Position numbers and translations under genes: made by a program. Positions 28,860-36,483 of a DNA stretch of 48,018 nucleotides are shown here, one piece after another. The notes under the pieces are model-generated. The model was given only the letters and a program-made list of their open reading frames with translations, was not told where the DNA came from and made no database searches. Each line of letters begins with the position of its first letter. The first letter of the stretch is position 1. Source of the DNA: Desulfobacterales bacterium (GTDB lineage Bacteria > Desulfobacterota > Desulfobacteria > Desulfobacterales > C00003060); assembly GCA_032126655.1 (NCBI GenBank), contig JAQBAU010000263.1, forward strand, positions 1-48,018, read 5' to 3'.

Positions 28860-29285
28860 CTATGGTGCTAACCCCGTTGTGTGGGTTTCGAGGAAGTGCC
28901 TCAATTGAGTGGCTTGCTCTTCAGTGAATTCCCCGAATTGAACAGCACAGCGCCTCCTCTCGACAAAAGGATTGAAAGTGTAATGATCATTGCCGACGCT
29001 GCAGTCATATACGGTCTCGGCAGGTATTCGAGACAGATGAAAACGTGCTCCAGATACAAAGAGGTCTATTTCTCCGGAGTCCTTTTTTGCCCCTTCAAAG
29101 GTCACGTACTCAAAGGCCATGCCACCCTTGCTTATATCCTTGATCTTGCCCAATTTCGTGAAATGGGGTCTGAATACGGCAAAAGCCATGTCCTGCGCTA
29201 TAAATCGCCTAAACTTTCTATTCTCCGTTTCCACTTGTTCACCTTTCTCCCACACAAATTGCCGACTCAAGTTCGAGATACTCAC
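28860..29285 (-). CDS. PilZ-domain protein (putative c-di-GMP receptor)
   Basis: RKFRR (RxxxR) followed by DISKGGMAF (DxSxxG). 141 aa. Confidence 0.75.
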   Translation of the reverse strand: MSISNLSRQFVWEKGEQVETENRKFRRFIAQDMAFAVFRPHFTKLGKIKDISKGGMAFEYVTFEGAKKDSGEIDLFVSGARFHLSRIPAETVYDCSVGNDHYTFNPFVERRRCAVQFGEFTEEQATQLRHFLETHTTGLAP

Positions 29286-29348
29286 ACCATCACCTAATGG
29301 ATGCTTCGGCCAAAGGTCCAGTACTTAGAGAGGATGACCTATCGTTCT

Positions 29349-29364
29349 TAATAAGATCTTATTA
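29349..29364. promoter_or_regulatory. Perfect 16-bp palindrome, candidate operator upstream of the PilZ gene
   Basis: TAATAAGA|TCTTATTA at 29349-29364, 64 nt upstream of the PilZ start codon. Confidence 0.35.
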
Positions 29365-29535
29365 TGGAACTTCAGGAAAATGGCAAGGGGGATTTTGGGG
29401 GGTACAAAGTGGGTATAAGCCATCCTCCCTCTTGTCCAACCAAGCGATATTAAATACCTTATAATCAGTAAGTCATGGCGCAGCCATCTGCTAGATAATG
29501 ATCAGAATCCAAGATGTGGGTCAGTGCGAACAGAC

Positions 29536-30471
29536 TCAGTGTACGGCATGCCTCTTTCTCAAATTCGCTTCAAGGAAACTCCTCAGGCCCTGGCCTGAAT
29601 GCTGGATATTGAGTTTCCTGCGGATGTTTTTCCGATGGGTTTTCACTGTGCTTAGAGAGATGTGGAGTTGGTTGGCTATCTCCTGGCTGGTCAGTTCGTT
29701 CATAATCATGGATGCGATGCGCAGCTCGGTGGAAGAAAGGTTGCCGGCTATTCTCGTGTCGCGGCCGAGGTCTGGGGTCAGCTCTTCTATGTGACCCATC
29801 AGGGTACTCAGATCAGCTTGGTACCTGGACAGGGTTTTGTCTCCTTGGAGCTTTTCAACAATAGGCACGATCAACGACCTGACTTTCAGCACGATTCGCT
29901 TTTCCGACTCTTCCCGCGTCCTTTCCAGGTTTTCCGCCAGAACTGACAAGGCCTTATTGGTTTCTAAAAGCTGCTCGTTAATGTCCCCCAGGCGATGTCC
30001 GTAAGCGAGGCACTCACCCTGGCTGTGTTCCAACTCTCTGACGGTTCTCTTCAACTCCTCTTCCATCATGTGGGTGTGCATGGCACGCTTAACGGCATGA
30101 GAGAGGACCGTCATATTGATCGGTTTGTCGAGAAAGTCAAAGACACCCAACCTGATCGCGGTGACAGCCTTTTCCTTGTCGGCATAGCCGGTCATAATGA
30201 TAATTTTTGTGTCCGGACAAAGTTCGTGTATCTCCGGAATCAGATCAAATCCGGACTTGTCGGGCATTACAATATCCAGCAGCACGATGTTGTAACACGT
30301 CTTCTTCATGTGACTGATCACCGCGTTAGGCCTCGTCATAGCCTTGGTTTCGATTCCCCATCCAAGGAGTGTTTCCTGGAGGGCATCACACAGATTACGG
30401 TCATCGTCAACAACGAGAAGACGAGAATCTTTGTAGTCCATTGCGTCAAGGTTATCTTGCATAATCTTCAA
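29536..30471 (-). CDS. Response regulator: REC, helical linker, LuxR-type HTH
   Basis: LLVVDDD...LLDIVMPD...IIMTGY...KP receiver domain. C-terminal LSSTELRIASMIMNELTSQEIANQLHISLSTVKTHRKNIRRKL. Confidence 0.88.
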   Translation of the reverse strand: MKIMQDNLDAMDYKDSRLLVVDDDRNLCDALQETLLGWGIETKAMTRPNAVISHMKKTCYNIVLLDIVMPDKSGFDLIPEIHELCPDTKIIIMTGYADKEKAVTAIRLGVFDFLDKPINMTVLSHAVKRAMHTHMMEEELKRTVRELEHSQGECLAYGHRLGDINEQLLETNKALSVLAENLERTREESEKRIVLKVRSLIVPIVEKLQGDKTLSRYQADLSTLMGHIEELTPDLGRDTRIAGNLSSTELRIASMIMNELTSQEIANQLHISLSTVKTHRKNIRRKLNIQHSGQGLRSFLEANLRKRHAVH

Positions 30472-30655
30472 TTATATCAGATAGATTTGCTTTTCCGACC
30501 AATCCAGACCAAACGTCAGGTTGAAATATCAGAGATTCCGTAAACCTGTACTACGATTTTATTACGCTGAAAATACGGAGTAGAAACCAGTATGCCCTCT
30601 GTGGCCAAGTGCTGGAATGCCCAGTGGTTTGGATCTCGCAGGAACCCTAAAGGGC

Positions 30656-30811
30656 CTATTTGGTGGCTGTGGGTTCATGATAGAGAATCGTCATGACCAG
30701 CCAGGCAAGCACGATCAGTGCCGGGACCACGATGACTACAAGGGACACAATCGTTTGCTTTCGTGAGCTTTTTCGCATCTTAGGAGTCTTCTTCTTAGAT
30801 GGAACTGCCAT
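30656..30811 (-). CDS. Candidate small membrane protein (51 aa), below the ORF-track cutoff
   Basis: ATG at 30811 with GAAGGA 7 nt upstream. Translation is MAVPSKKKTPKMRKSSRKQTIVSLVVIVVPALIVLAWLVMTILYHEPTATK: a basic N-terminus plus one TM helix. Confidence 0.35.
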   Translation of the reverse strand: MAVPSKKKTPKMRKSSRKQTIVSLVVIVVPALIVLAWLVMTILYHEPTATK

Positions 30812-30967
30812 AGGTCTGTCCTTCAACCATTAGTTGAATGTATCAGTTTCTTGACTCATTAGATAGGTCCTGTCAGTTGTCGGGCATATAGTAGGGAGCA
30901 AGGAGTAAGCAGCTGAAGAACGGCAAAGCTCAACTTCTTGTTATGTTCACTGCTTACTGCCTACTCC

Positions 30968-31633
30968 TTACTGTTTTTTGTCAAAGGTCCACACAGCAAG
31001 ACTGGTCAAGAAAAAAGCAATGATCGCGGCAAGGCCCAGGCCACGCCATGAAGTTCTGGTCGGTATTAACCCGAATGCAAGAATGAAGACCAGAACCCAG
31101 CAGGCAACATGCCAAGGCTTCACCAAGCTTGCTACAAACCGCCCCACCAGTCTCTCCCAGCTTCTTTGCTGCTTGTCTTTTTGAATCTGTCGAACTATGT
31201 CCCTTGCCTCAAAATCTGTGTGAAGGGAGTATCCTCTGTCCTGCTCGTGACGGTGATCATAATCCACGACTTTTTCCTGGGTGCCGTGCACATTCCACGA
31301 CGTCCATTTCCCATCCCTCTTGCCGAAATACCAGTGACTTTCCTGTGCCTTCTGCCCGTTCACATACCAGTCGGTCCACTTCCCATGCATCTTTCCATAA
31401 AGAAAGTGACCCTCAACGATCTTTGTTCCGCGCTCGTCCAATTTGACCCAGGGGCCTGTTTTCTCCCCGTTGGAATATTCACCTTCTAATTGCTTTTGGC
31501 TATTTTTGTACCAAAATAACCATGTGCCGTGACGCTTCCCGTTAAGCAAGGTCCCCTCAGCATATTTGATTCGGGGTTTCCAGAAGCAGAGCCCTTTTGG
31601 CCAGTATAATATGGTTGTTTCAGTTTTTGACAT
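30968..31633 (-). CDS. YwqK/MORN-repeat-like protein with C-terminal TM helices
   Basis: Repeated G-x-x-H/D-G-x-W-x-x-W-Y units (GKRHGTWLFWY, GEKTGPWVKL, GKMHGKWTDWY, GKRDGKWTSW), then two hydrophobic helices. Confidence 0.7.
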   Translation of the reverse strand: MSKTETTILYWPKGLCFWKPRIKYAEGTLLNGKRHGTWLFWYKNSQKQLEGEYSNGEKTGPWVKLDERGTKIVEGHFLYGKMHGKWTDWYVNGQKAQESHWYFGKRDGKWTSWNVHGTQEKVVDYDHRHEQDRGYSLHTDFEARDIVRQIQKDKQQRSWERLVGRFVASLVKPWHVACWVLVFILAFGLIPTRTSWRGLGLAAIIAFFLTSLAVWTFDKKQ

Positions 31634-31658
31634 AAGCGATGAGTCTCCACATAAAGCG

Positions 31659-32216
31659 CTAATGAAAGCTCAGTTCAATTTGTTCAACGTCGCCCACCGT
31701 GAGGTTGCCCAGGGATCTAAACTTCAAGGGGATACTCTTAGTAATTGCCCACGCGTTGAGGTCCGAGTCGTACTCAAAAAAGAGCGGTTCGGTATATCTG
31801 AAGATGGGTATACCAGGAATTCTGTAACGGACTGCAAGTTTCATATAGAAAGGTTTCTGTTGCGTAGCATGCTTTTCAGGTATAGGAATATCCGGAATCT
31901 CCAATCTCACGGCGCCTGCCCCCGACTCCACTCTTTGGTGAACGCCTGGCATGTTTGCTATAAAGGCCACCTGCCCTGCCCAGTACCAGAAGCCGTCAAC
32001 CTTGTGAATGAGGGCATCCACGCCGCCCGTGTTCTTGACAAAAATACCCCCCTCATCCGTATCCAGGACAATGAGAGGCCTAAGAACTCCCGAGCTTCCT
32101 AACCCCACCAGGATCAGGAACAGGACAAGACCCCCCCCAACTGCCCATTTTTTGTCTAGGCTCCTGAGCTTTTCCTTCAGATAGGCAAACGTCTCAGGGT
32201 GTAATCCTACAGACAT
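31659..32216 (-). CDS. Hypothetical membrane-anchored protein (185 aa)
   Basis: One N-terminal TM helix (VGGGLVLFLILVGLG) followed by a soluble domain. No family recognised. Confidence 0.5.
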   Translation of the reverse strand: MSVGLHPETFAYLKEKLRSLDKKWAVGGGLVLFLILVGLGSSGVLRPLIVLDTDEGGIFVKNTGGVDALIHKVDGFWYWAGQVAFIANMPGVHQRVESGAGAVRLEIPDIPIPEKHATQQKPFYMKLAVRYRIPGIPIFRYTEPLFFEYDSDLNAWAITKSIPLKFRSLGNLTVGDVEQIELSFH

Positions 32217-32533
32217 AATTCCCGCACAATCTTACGACAGACGAACCTTGAAGTGAGGCTTGAGTTTTTACATCTTCTTGACGATACCGCCATATTCCAG
32301 TTCAGAGTAGGGTAACATAGCGGCCCCAGAAAAACCCTGTTTTTTGATTTCATAGGTTTTGCGCGAAACCTTTTTCCGCACATAATCCCAGAACGGATGG
32401 TCAAAGGCGCCGGCACACCTTCCGGCAAAGGGGGGTCAAATACGTGGATGAGTTGGCTGAAGAAATCGCGTTGGCATTCGTTAGCCCTTTGGATCTGCTG
32501 TTCAGTTGGCTTTTTGGAGGTGCCAGCAGACAA
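32207..32533 (-). other. Doubtful or possibly frameshifted small ORF downstream of the GGDEF gene
   Basis: The first about 40 codons look protein-like (TEQQIQRANECQRDFFSQLIHVFDPP). After a C6 run (G6 on plus, 32430-32435) the protein-like reading moves to another frame (FDHPFWDYVRKKVSRKTYEIKKQGFSG...VKKM*). Confidence 0.25.
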
Positions 32534-32573
32534 GCCTATCTCCGGTCAGGCAATATCCCCTAATCGTATACAA

Positions 32574-33485
32574 TCAACTTTCATAGGACTCGACCCGGTT
32601 TCGTCCATTCTCTTTGGCTTTGTACAGAGCCTGATCCGCAAACTCAATGAGCTCTTTTGAATCGTGGATTTTCTCATGTGGAAATGTGGCAACTCCGACG
32701 CTGATAGTAACATGCAGGACATTACCATTGTCCTTAATCTCATGGCTTTCCACCATATGTCGGAGACGTTCAGCTGCCTCTATGGCTGCTGTCTGGTCTG
32801 TATGGTACATGATGAGCGCAAACTCTTCGCCTCCGTATCTTGCTGCCAAGTCGCTTTCCCTTATTGAGCGCTCAATGACTTCTGCGAGCGCCCTCAAGAC
32901 GACGTCGCCTGTCTGATGGCCATAGGTGTCGTTGAATTTCTTAAAGAAGTCTATATCTAACAAAACGCAGGATATAGTCTCATGATACCGTCTTGCACGC
33001 AAAAAATCCTGTGACAACTGTTCGTGGAAATATCGGTGGTTGTAAAGTCCTGTCAGTCCATCCCGATTAGCCATTTCCTGAAGTAGTCGATTCTGCTCCT
33101 GCACCTCTTGATAAAGTTCTCTGAGCTTCAGGTGAATATTCACACGAGCAATTAACTCCGCTTCATCAAAGGGTTTGATCACGTAATCCAGGGCCCCCAT
33201 CTGAAGACCTTTTACTTTGTCGGAGGTTTCTGCCTTTGACGTAACCATGATGATGGGAATCTCTTGAGTTGCTTCGTCCGCTTTAAGGTGTTCGCACACC
33301 TCGTAGCCATCCATGACCGGCATGATCAGATCCAACAGGATGATGTCGGGCTGTCCAAATTTGGCTGCTTCAACGCCGGCCTTGCCATCCTGAGCCAAAA
33401 TCACTTCGTGTCCCTGTTTGGTCAGCATGGTCTTGGCGACATGGGCTATCAACTTGCTATCGTCTACGATCAGTATTTTGGCCAT
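32574..33485 (-). CDS. Response regulator-diguanylate cyclase (REC-GGDEF, WspR/PleD-like)
   Basis: ILIVDDS...LLDLIMPVMDG...KP receiver domain. GGDEF domain with an intact GGEEF active site and an RESD (RxxD) I-site 5 residues upstream. Confidence 0.92.
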   Translation of the reverse strand: MAKILIVDDSKLIAHVAKTMLTKQGHEVILAQDGKAGVEAAKFGQPDIILLDLIMPVMDGYEVCEHLKADEATQEIPIIMVTSKAETSDKVKGLQMGALDYVIKPFDEAELIARVNIHLKLRELYQEVQEQNRLLQEMANRDGLTGLYNHRYFHEQLSQDFLRARRYHETISCVLLDIDFFKKFNDTYGHQTGDVVLRALAEVIERSIRESDLAARYGGEEFALIMYHTDQTAAIEAAERLRHMVESHEIKDNGNVLHVTISVGVATFPHEKIHDSKELIEFADQALYKAKENGRNRVESYES

Positions 33486-33537
33486 AAGACAATCCCCTGT
33501 ATCAGTAGTCTATTTCATAGATTTGTACAGAACCTCG

Positions 33538-34578
33538 TCATCGCTCAGCTAGCTTCGAAAGAACGATGCCCAAGATGTCACCGAGCGGAGCCACCACGTC
33601 AGCGGCACCAATCTCGATAGCCGCTCCGGGCATGCCAAAAACGACCGATGTGGCTTCGTCTTGAGCAATGGTAAAAGCCCCGGCCTGCTTCATTGCCAGG
33701 AGGCCGTCGCTCCCATCATTACCCATGCCGGTCAAAAGCACGCCAATAGCCTTGTCTCCTGCGGCCTTTGCAACCGAGTGGAACAAAACGTCTACCGAAG
33801 GCCGTTGATACTTCACCGGTTCGCCATGGTGCAGTCGGACGAAATATCCTTCGTGATCACTAACCAATTCCAGGTGTAATCCCCCGGGCGCTAAAAAGAC
33901 CTTCCCTCTGACGACGCGGTCTCCGTCTTCGGCCTCCTTGACGTCGAGCGCACAGGACGCGTCCAAGTTCTGTGCAAAGGTCTTCGTGAACCGAGGCGGC
34001 ATATGCTGTACAATAATCATTCCGTTCATATTTGAAGGCATAGCGACGAGAAGCCTATGGATAGCGCGTGTGCCGCCAGTCGAGGCTCCAATTGCGATGA
34101 TCCTGTCGGACGGGCCAATGAGAGCCTCAGGCACAGGGGGTTTTTCAGGCTGTCGGAACAGCACGGAGGGTTTGATTTTGGCCTGTGCAGCTGCCCGGAT
34201 TTTTGTCACGATTTCGTGTTTCAGTTCCTGAAGACCGGTCTTTAGGTCGTCAGTTGGTTTGGCAACGAAATCGACGGCCCCAGCGTCCAGGGCTTCTAAG
34301 GTGCGTACGCTGTTTTCACGGGTGTAAGAGCTGATCATGATTACTGGCAAAGGACGGAAGCTCATGAGGCGTTTCAGAAAGGTGATGCCATCCATTCTAG
34401 GCATCTCAATATCCAGAGTAATTACATCGGGTTTTTTTCGGACAATCAAGTCCTTAGCTTCATATGGATCAGAAGCCGTTCCCACTATCTGAATATCAGA
34501 TTCCTCCGCGAGAATGTTCTTCAGCACGGCCTGGACTGTAGGAGAATCGTCAACTATGAGTACGCGAATCGGTTTCAT
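33538..34578 (-). CDS. cheB: Protein-glutamate methylesterase/deamidase
   Basis: REC domain (IRVLIVDDS) plus the methylesterase domain (IAIGASTGG, LTGMGNDG, VVFGMP). ATGA overlap with the cheD stop. Confidence 0.95.
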   Translation of the reverse strand: MKPIRVLIVDDSPTVQAVLKNILAEESDIQIVGTASDPYEAKDLIVRKKPDVITLDIEMPRMDGITFLKRLMSFRPLPVIMISSYTRENSVRTLEALDAGAVDFVAKPTDDLKTGLQELKHEIVTKIRAAAQAKIKPSVLFRQPEKPPVPEALIGPSDRIIAIGASTGGTRAIHRLLVAMPSNMNGMIIVQHMPPRFTKTFAQNLDASCALDVKEAEDGDRVVRGKVFLAPGGLHLELVSDHEGYFVRLHHGEPVKYQRPSVDVLFHSVAKAAGDKAIGVLLTGMGNDGSDGLLAMKQAGAFTIAQDEATSVVFGMPGAAIEIGAADVVAPLGDILGIVLSKLAER

Positions 34579-35165
34579 GTCTTGAACATTATTACTGGGG
34601 ATTTTTCGAGTCGTTTCTGGAAAACCCTTGCCTTATAAGCCTGCTCATTCCGAACGAATCCTCGTTCTCTTCTTATATCAAACCGTTTCACAAGGACGCG
34701 AGTAGTATCACTGTAGAACATAATCTTTCTCCCCTTGTTTCCTCCAACATCTTCATTCACAGTAGGGATCCCCTCCAGCTCCAGAAACTTCCTTGCAAAA
34801 CGAATATTTGATGTGGTGACGTCGCCATCATCCCTTCTGAATTTAAGTACTTTGCCGCCCCCGAACAGTTTTGCCTTAAGGTCGTTTCTGCGAGCGCCAA
34901 GTTTGATCAGTTCGCCAATCAACAGTTCCATGGCATACATACCGTAACGGCCGACATCGCAAGAAAGCATCTCATCAGGATGTACCATTCCGGGAAGTAA
35001 AAAATGGTTCATCCCCCCCACTTTCCGTTCCGCGTCGTAGATACACGTGGCGATACAGGATCCTACGATAGTGTAAAGCACCTCACCATTTTGCGTTGCA
35101 AAATACTCTCCTGACGTGAGCATAATGAGAGTTTTCTTCAGTTTCTCGCTGTAAAACCGGTTCAA
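34575..35165 (-). CDS. cheD: Chemoreceptor glutamine deamidase
   Basis: LTSGEYFAT...TIVGSCIATCIYD...GGMNHFLLPG...LFGGG motifs. The start is uncertain. TTG at 35165 lies just after the cheR stop; the alternatives are TTG at 35234 (overlapping cheR) and ATG at 35123. Confidence 0.85.
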   Translation of the reverse strand: MNRFYSEKLKKTLIMLTSGEYFATQNGEVLYTIVGSCIATCIYDAERKVGGMNHFLLPGMVHPDEMLSCDVGRYGMYAMELLIGELIKLGARRNDLKAKLFGGGKVLKFRRDDGDVTTSNIRFARKFLELEGIPTVNEDVGGNKGRKIMFYSDTTRVLVKRFDIRRERGFVRNEQAYKARVFQKRLEKSPVIMFKT

Positions 35166-35181
35166 GCGCGTGTCCCGTTCT

Positions 35182-36012
35182 TTATCCCTGCTTCTGATAG
35201 GTGGAATGACCCACCAAGGCAAAGCGTTTATCAACGCCGATTAGCGACTCTGAGGCCCCTATACACAGAAAACCGTCTGTATCCAAAAGGCGGTAGAAAC
35301 CTGCAATGAGCTTCTTCTTGAATTGGGAATCAAAATATATCATCACGTTTCGACAAAAAATTATATCTACAGGACTCTTGAAAGGGAATTCCGCGCTCAT
35401 GAAGTTAAGCCTGCGAAAGACGATGTTTTTTTTCAGCTGTTCCTTAGCTATGTACAGTCCCTTATCCCTTCCCTCTCCTTCTATGAAATATCTCTTGAGG
35501 TACTATGTCTGAATCACTTCGATATCGCGGTTCGGATACGATCCTTTATAAGCAAGTTTAAGAGCGTCTGTATCAATGTCAGTGCCTAAGATCTTAATGT
35601 CCCAGTCCTCTTCGGTTGCAAGGGCGTCGTCTACTATCATGGCAATACTGTACGCCTCTTCGCCTGTTGCACATCCGGCGGACCATATACGCAGTTTCTT
35701 CGTAATCTTGTGTGCGGCAATCTGTGGCAGTACGATGTTTGCCATATGTTCAAATTGTCTTTTGTGCCGGAAGAATGCAGTCTGGTCAATGGTAATTTTG
35801 TTAATAAGTTGCCTAAGTTCCAATCCGCCATCTTTGTCATGAAGCAGGTGTTTATGATATGCACGGTACGAGTCCAATCCCAACTGGTTCATTCGTGAGG
35901 ATAACTTCCTCTGCAACGTTGCTAAATTTCTAGGAGATAATGAAATGCCAGCATGCTTGTTGATAAGTCGTCTGAATAGCTCAAACTCCGTCCTGGACAG
36001 GGGGGAGTTCAT
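35182..36012 (-). pseudogene. cheR: Chemotaxis methyltransferase CheR, full length but interrupted by one in-frame TAG
   Basis: ORFs 35503-36012 and 35182-35400 are in the same frame, and the 34 codons between them are also open. Read through, the sequence is ...IEVIQT*YLKRYFIEGEGRDKGLYIAKEQLKKNIVFRRLNF...IIFCRNVMIYFD. This aligns colinearly with E. coli CheR (...SPQLLQRYFMRG...AIFCRNVMIYFD). The TAG is at 35503-35505. Confidence 0.85.
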
Positions 36013-36030
36013 AACAGCTGACCGTGCGGA

Positions 36031-36483
36031 TTAGGTGGCATCAAGGATTTCGAGTTCCTCGGGACTCAAGAGTCGATCCGCATTCAATAAGACGATAAGC
36101 CCTTGATCTTTCTTCCCAATGCCTTGTATGTATTCCACGTGCACACCAGGAGGGAGACTGGACGCCGCCTGGACTTCTTCAGGTAAGAGTTCCACGACGT
36201 CGGAAATTTCATCCACAATCACTCCCATCATCCTTCCCGATATCTCCATAACAATAATCGAGTGGAAAGGGGTGTAGGTGGTTTTCGGGAGTTTAAACTT
36301 ATCTCTCAGATCAAATACAGGGAGAATTATTCCCCGCAGGTTGATGATCCCCTTGATGAATTCCTTCATGTTGGGCAGCGGGGTGATCTTCTGATAACTC
36401 ACAACCTCTTTTATTTTGAGGATGTCAACCCCGTATACTTGCTCGTTGATCGAGAAGATCACATATTGCTGCATTTCAGACAT
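36031..36483 (-). CDS. cheW: Chemotaxis coupling protein
   Basis: 150 aa. FSINEQVYGVDILKIKEV...INLRGIILPVFDLR signature. Its ATG overlaps the MCP stop (TGATG). Confidence 0.93.
   Translation of the reverse strand: MSEMQQYVIFSINEQVYGVDILKIKEVVSYQKITPLPNMKEFIKGIINLRGIILPVFDLRDKFKLPKTTYTPFHSIIVMEISGRMMGVIVDEISDVVELLPEEVQAASSLPPGVHVEYIQGIGKKDQGLIVLLNADRLLSPEELEILDAT

Noticed and set aside
30895-30965. Imperfect inverted repeat (AGGAGTAAGCAG ... CTGCTTACTGCCTACTCCT) just downstream of the YwqK/MORN gene, considered as a terminator
   Set aside because: The stem is interrupted by a 7-nt bulge, the loop is about 37 nt, and no U-run follows on the transcribed strand. Not convincing as an intrinsic terminator.
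35503-35505. Pyrrolysine or genome-wide TAG recoding as the explanation for the in-frame TAG in cheR
   Set aside because: TAG clearly terminates several well-supported genes in this window (mgsA, hisB, the lipoprotein, xseB). CheR is not a known Pyl protein. The aligned residue in E. coli CheR is Gln (CAG), one transition away. A nonsense mutation or sequencing error is more parsimonious.
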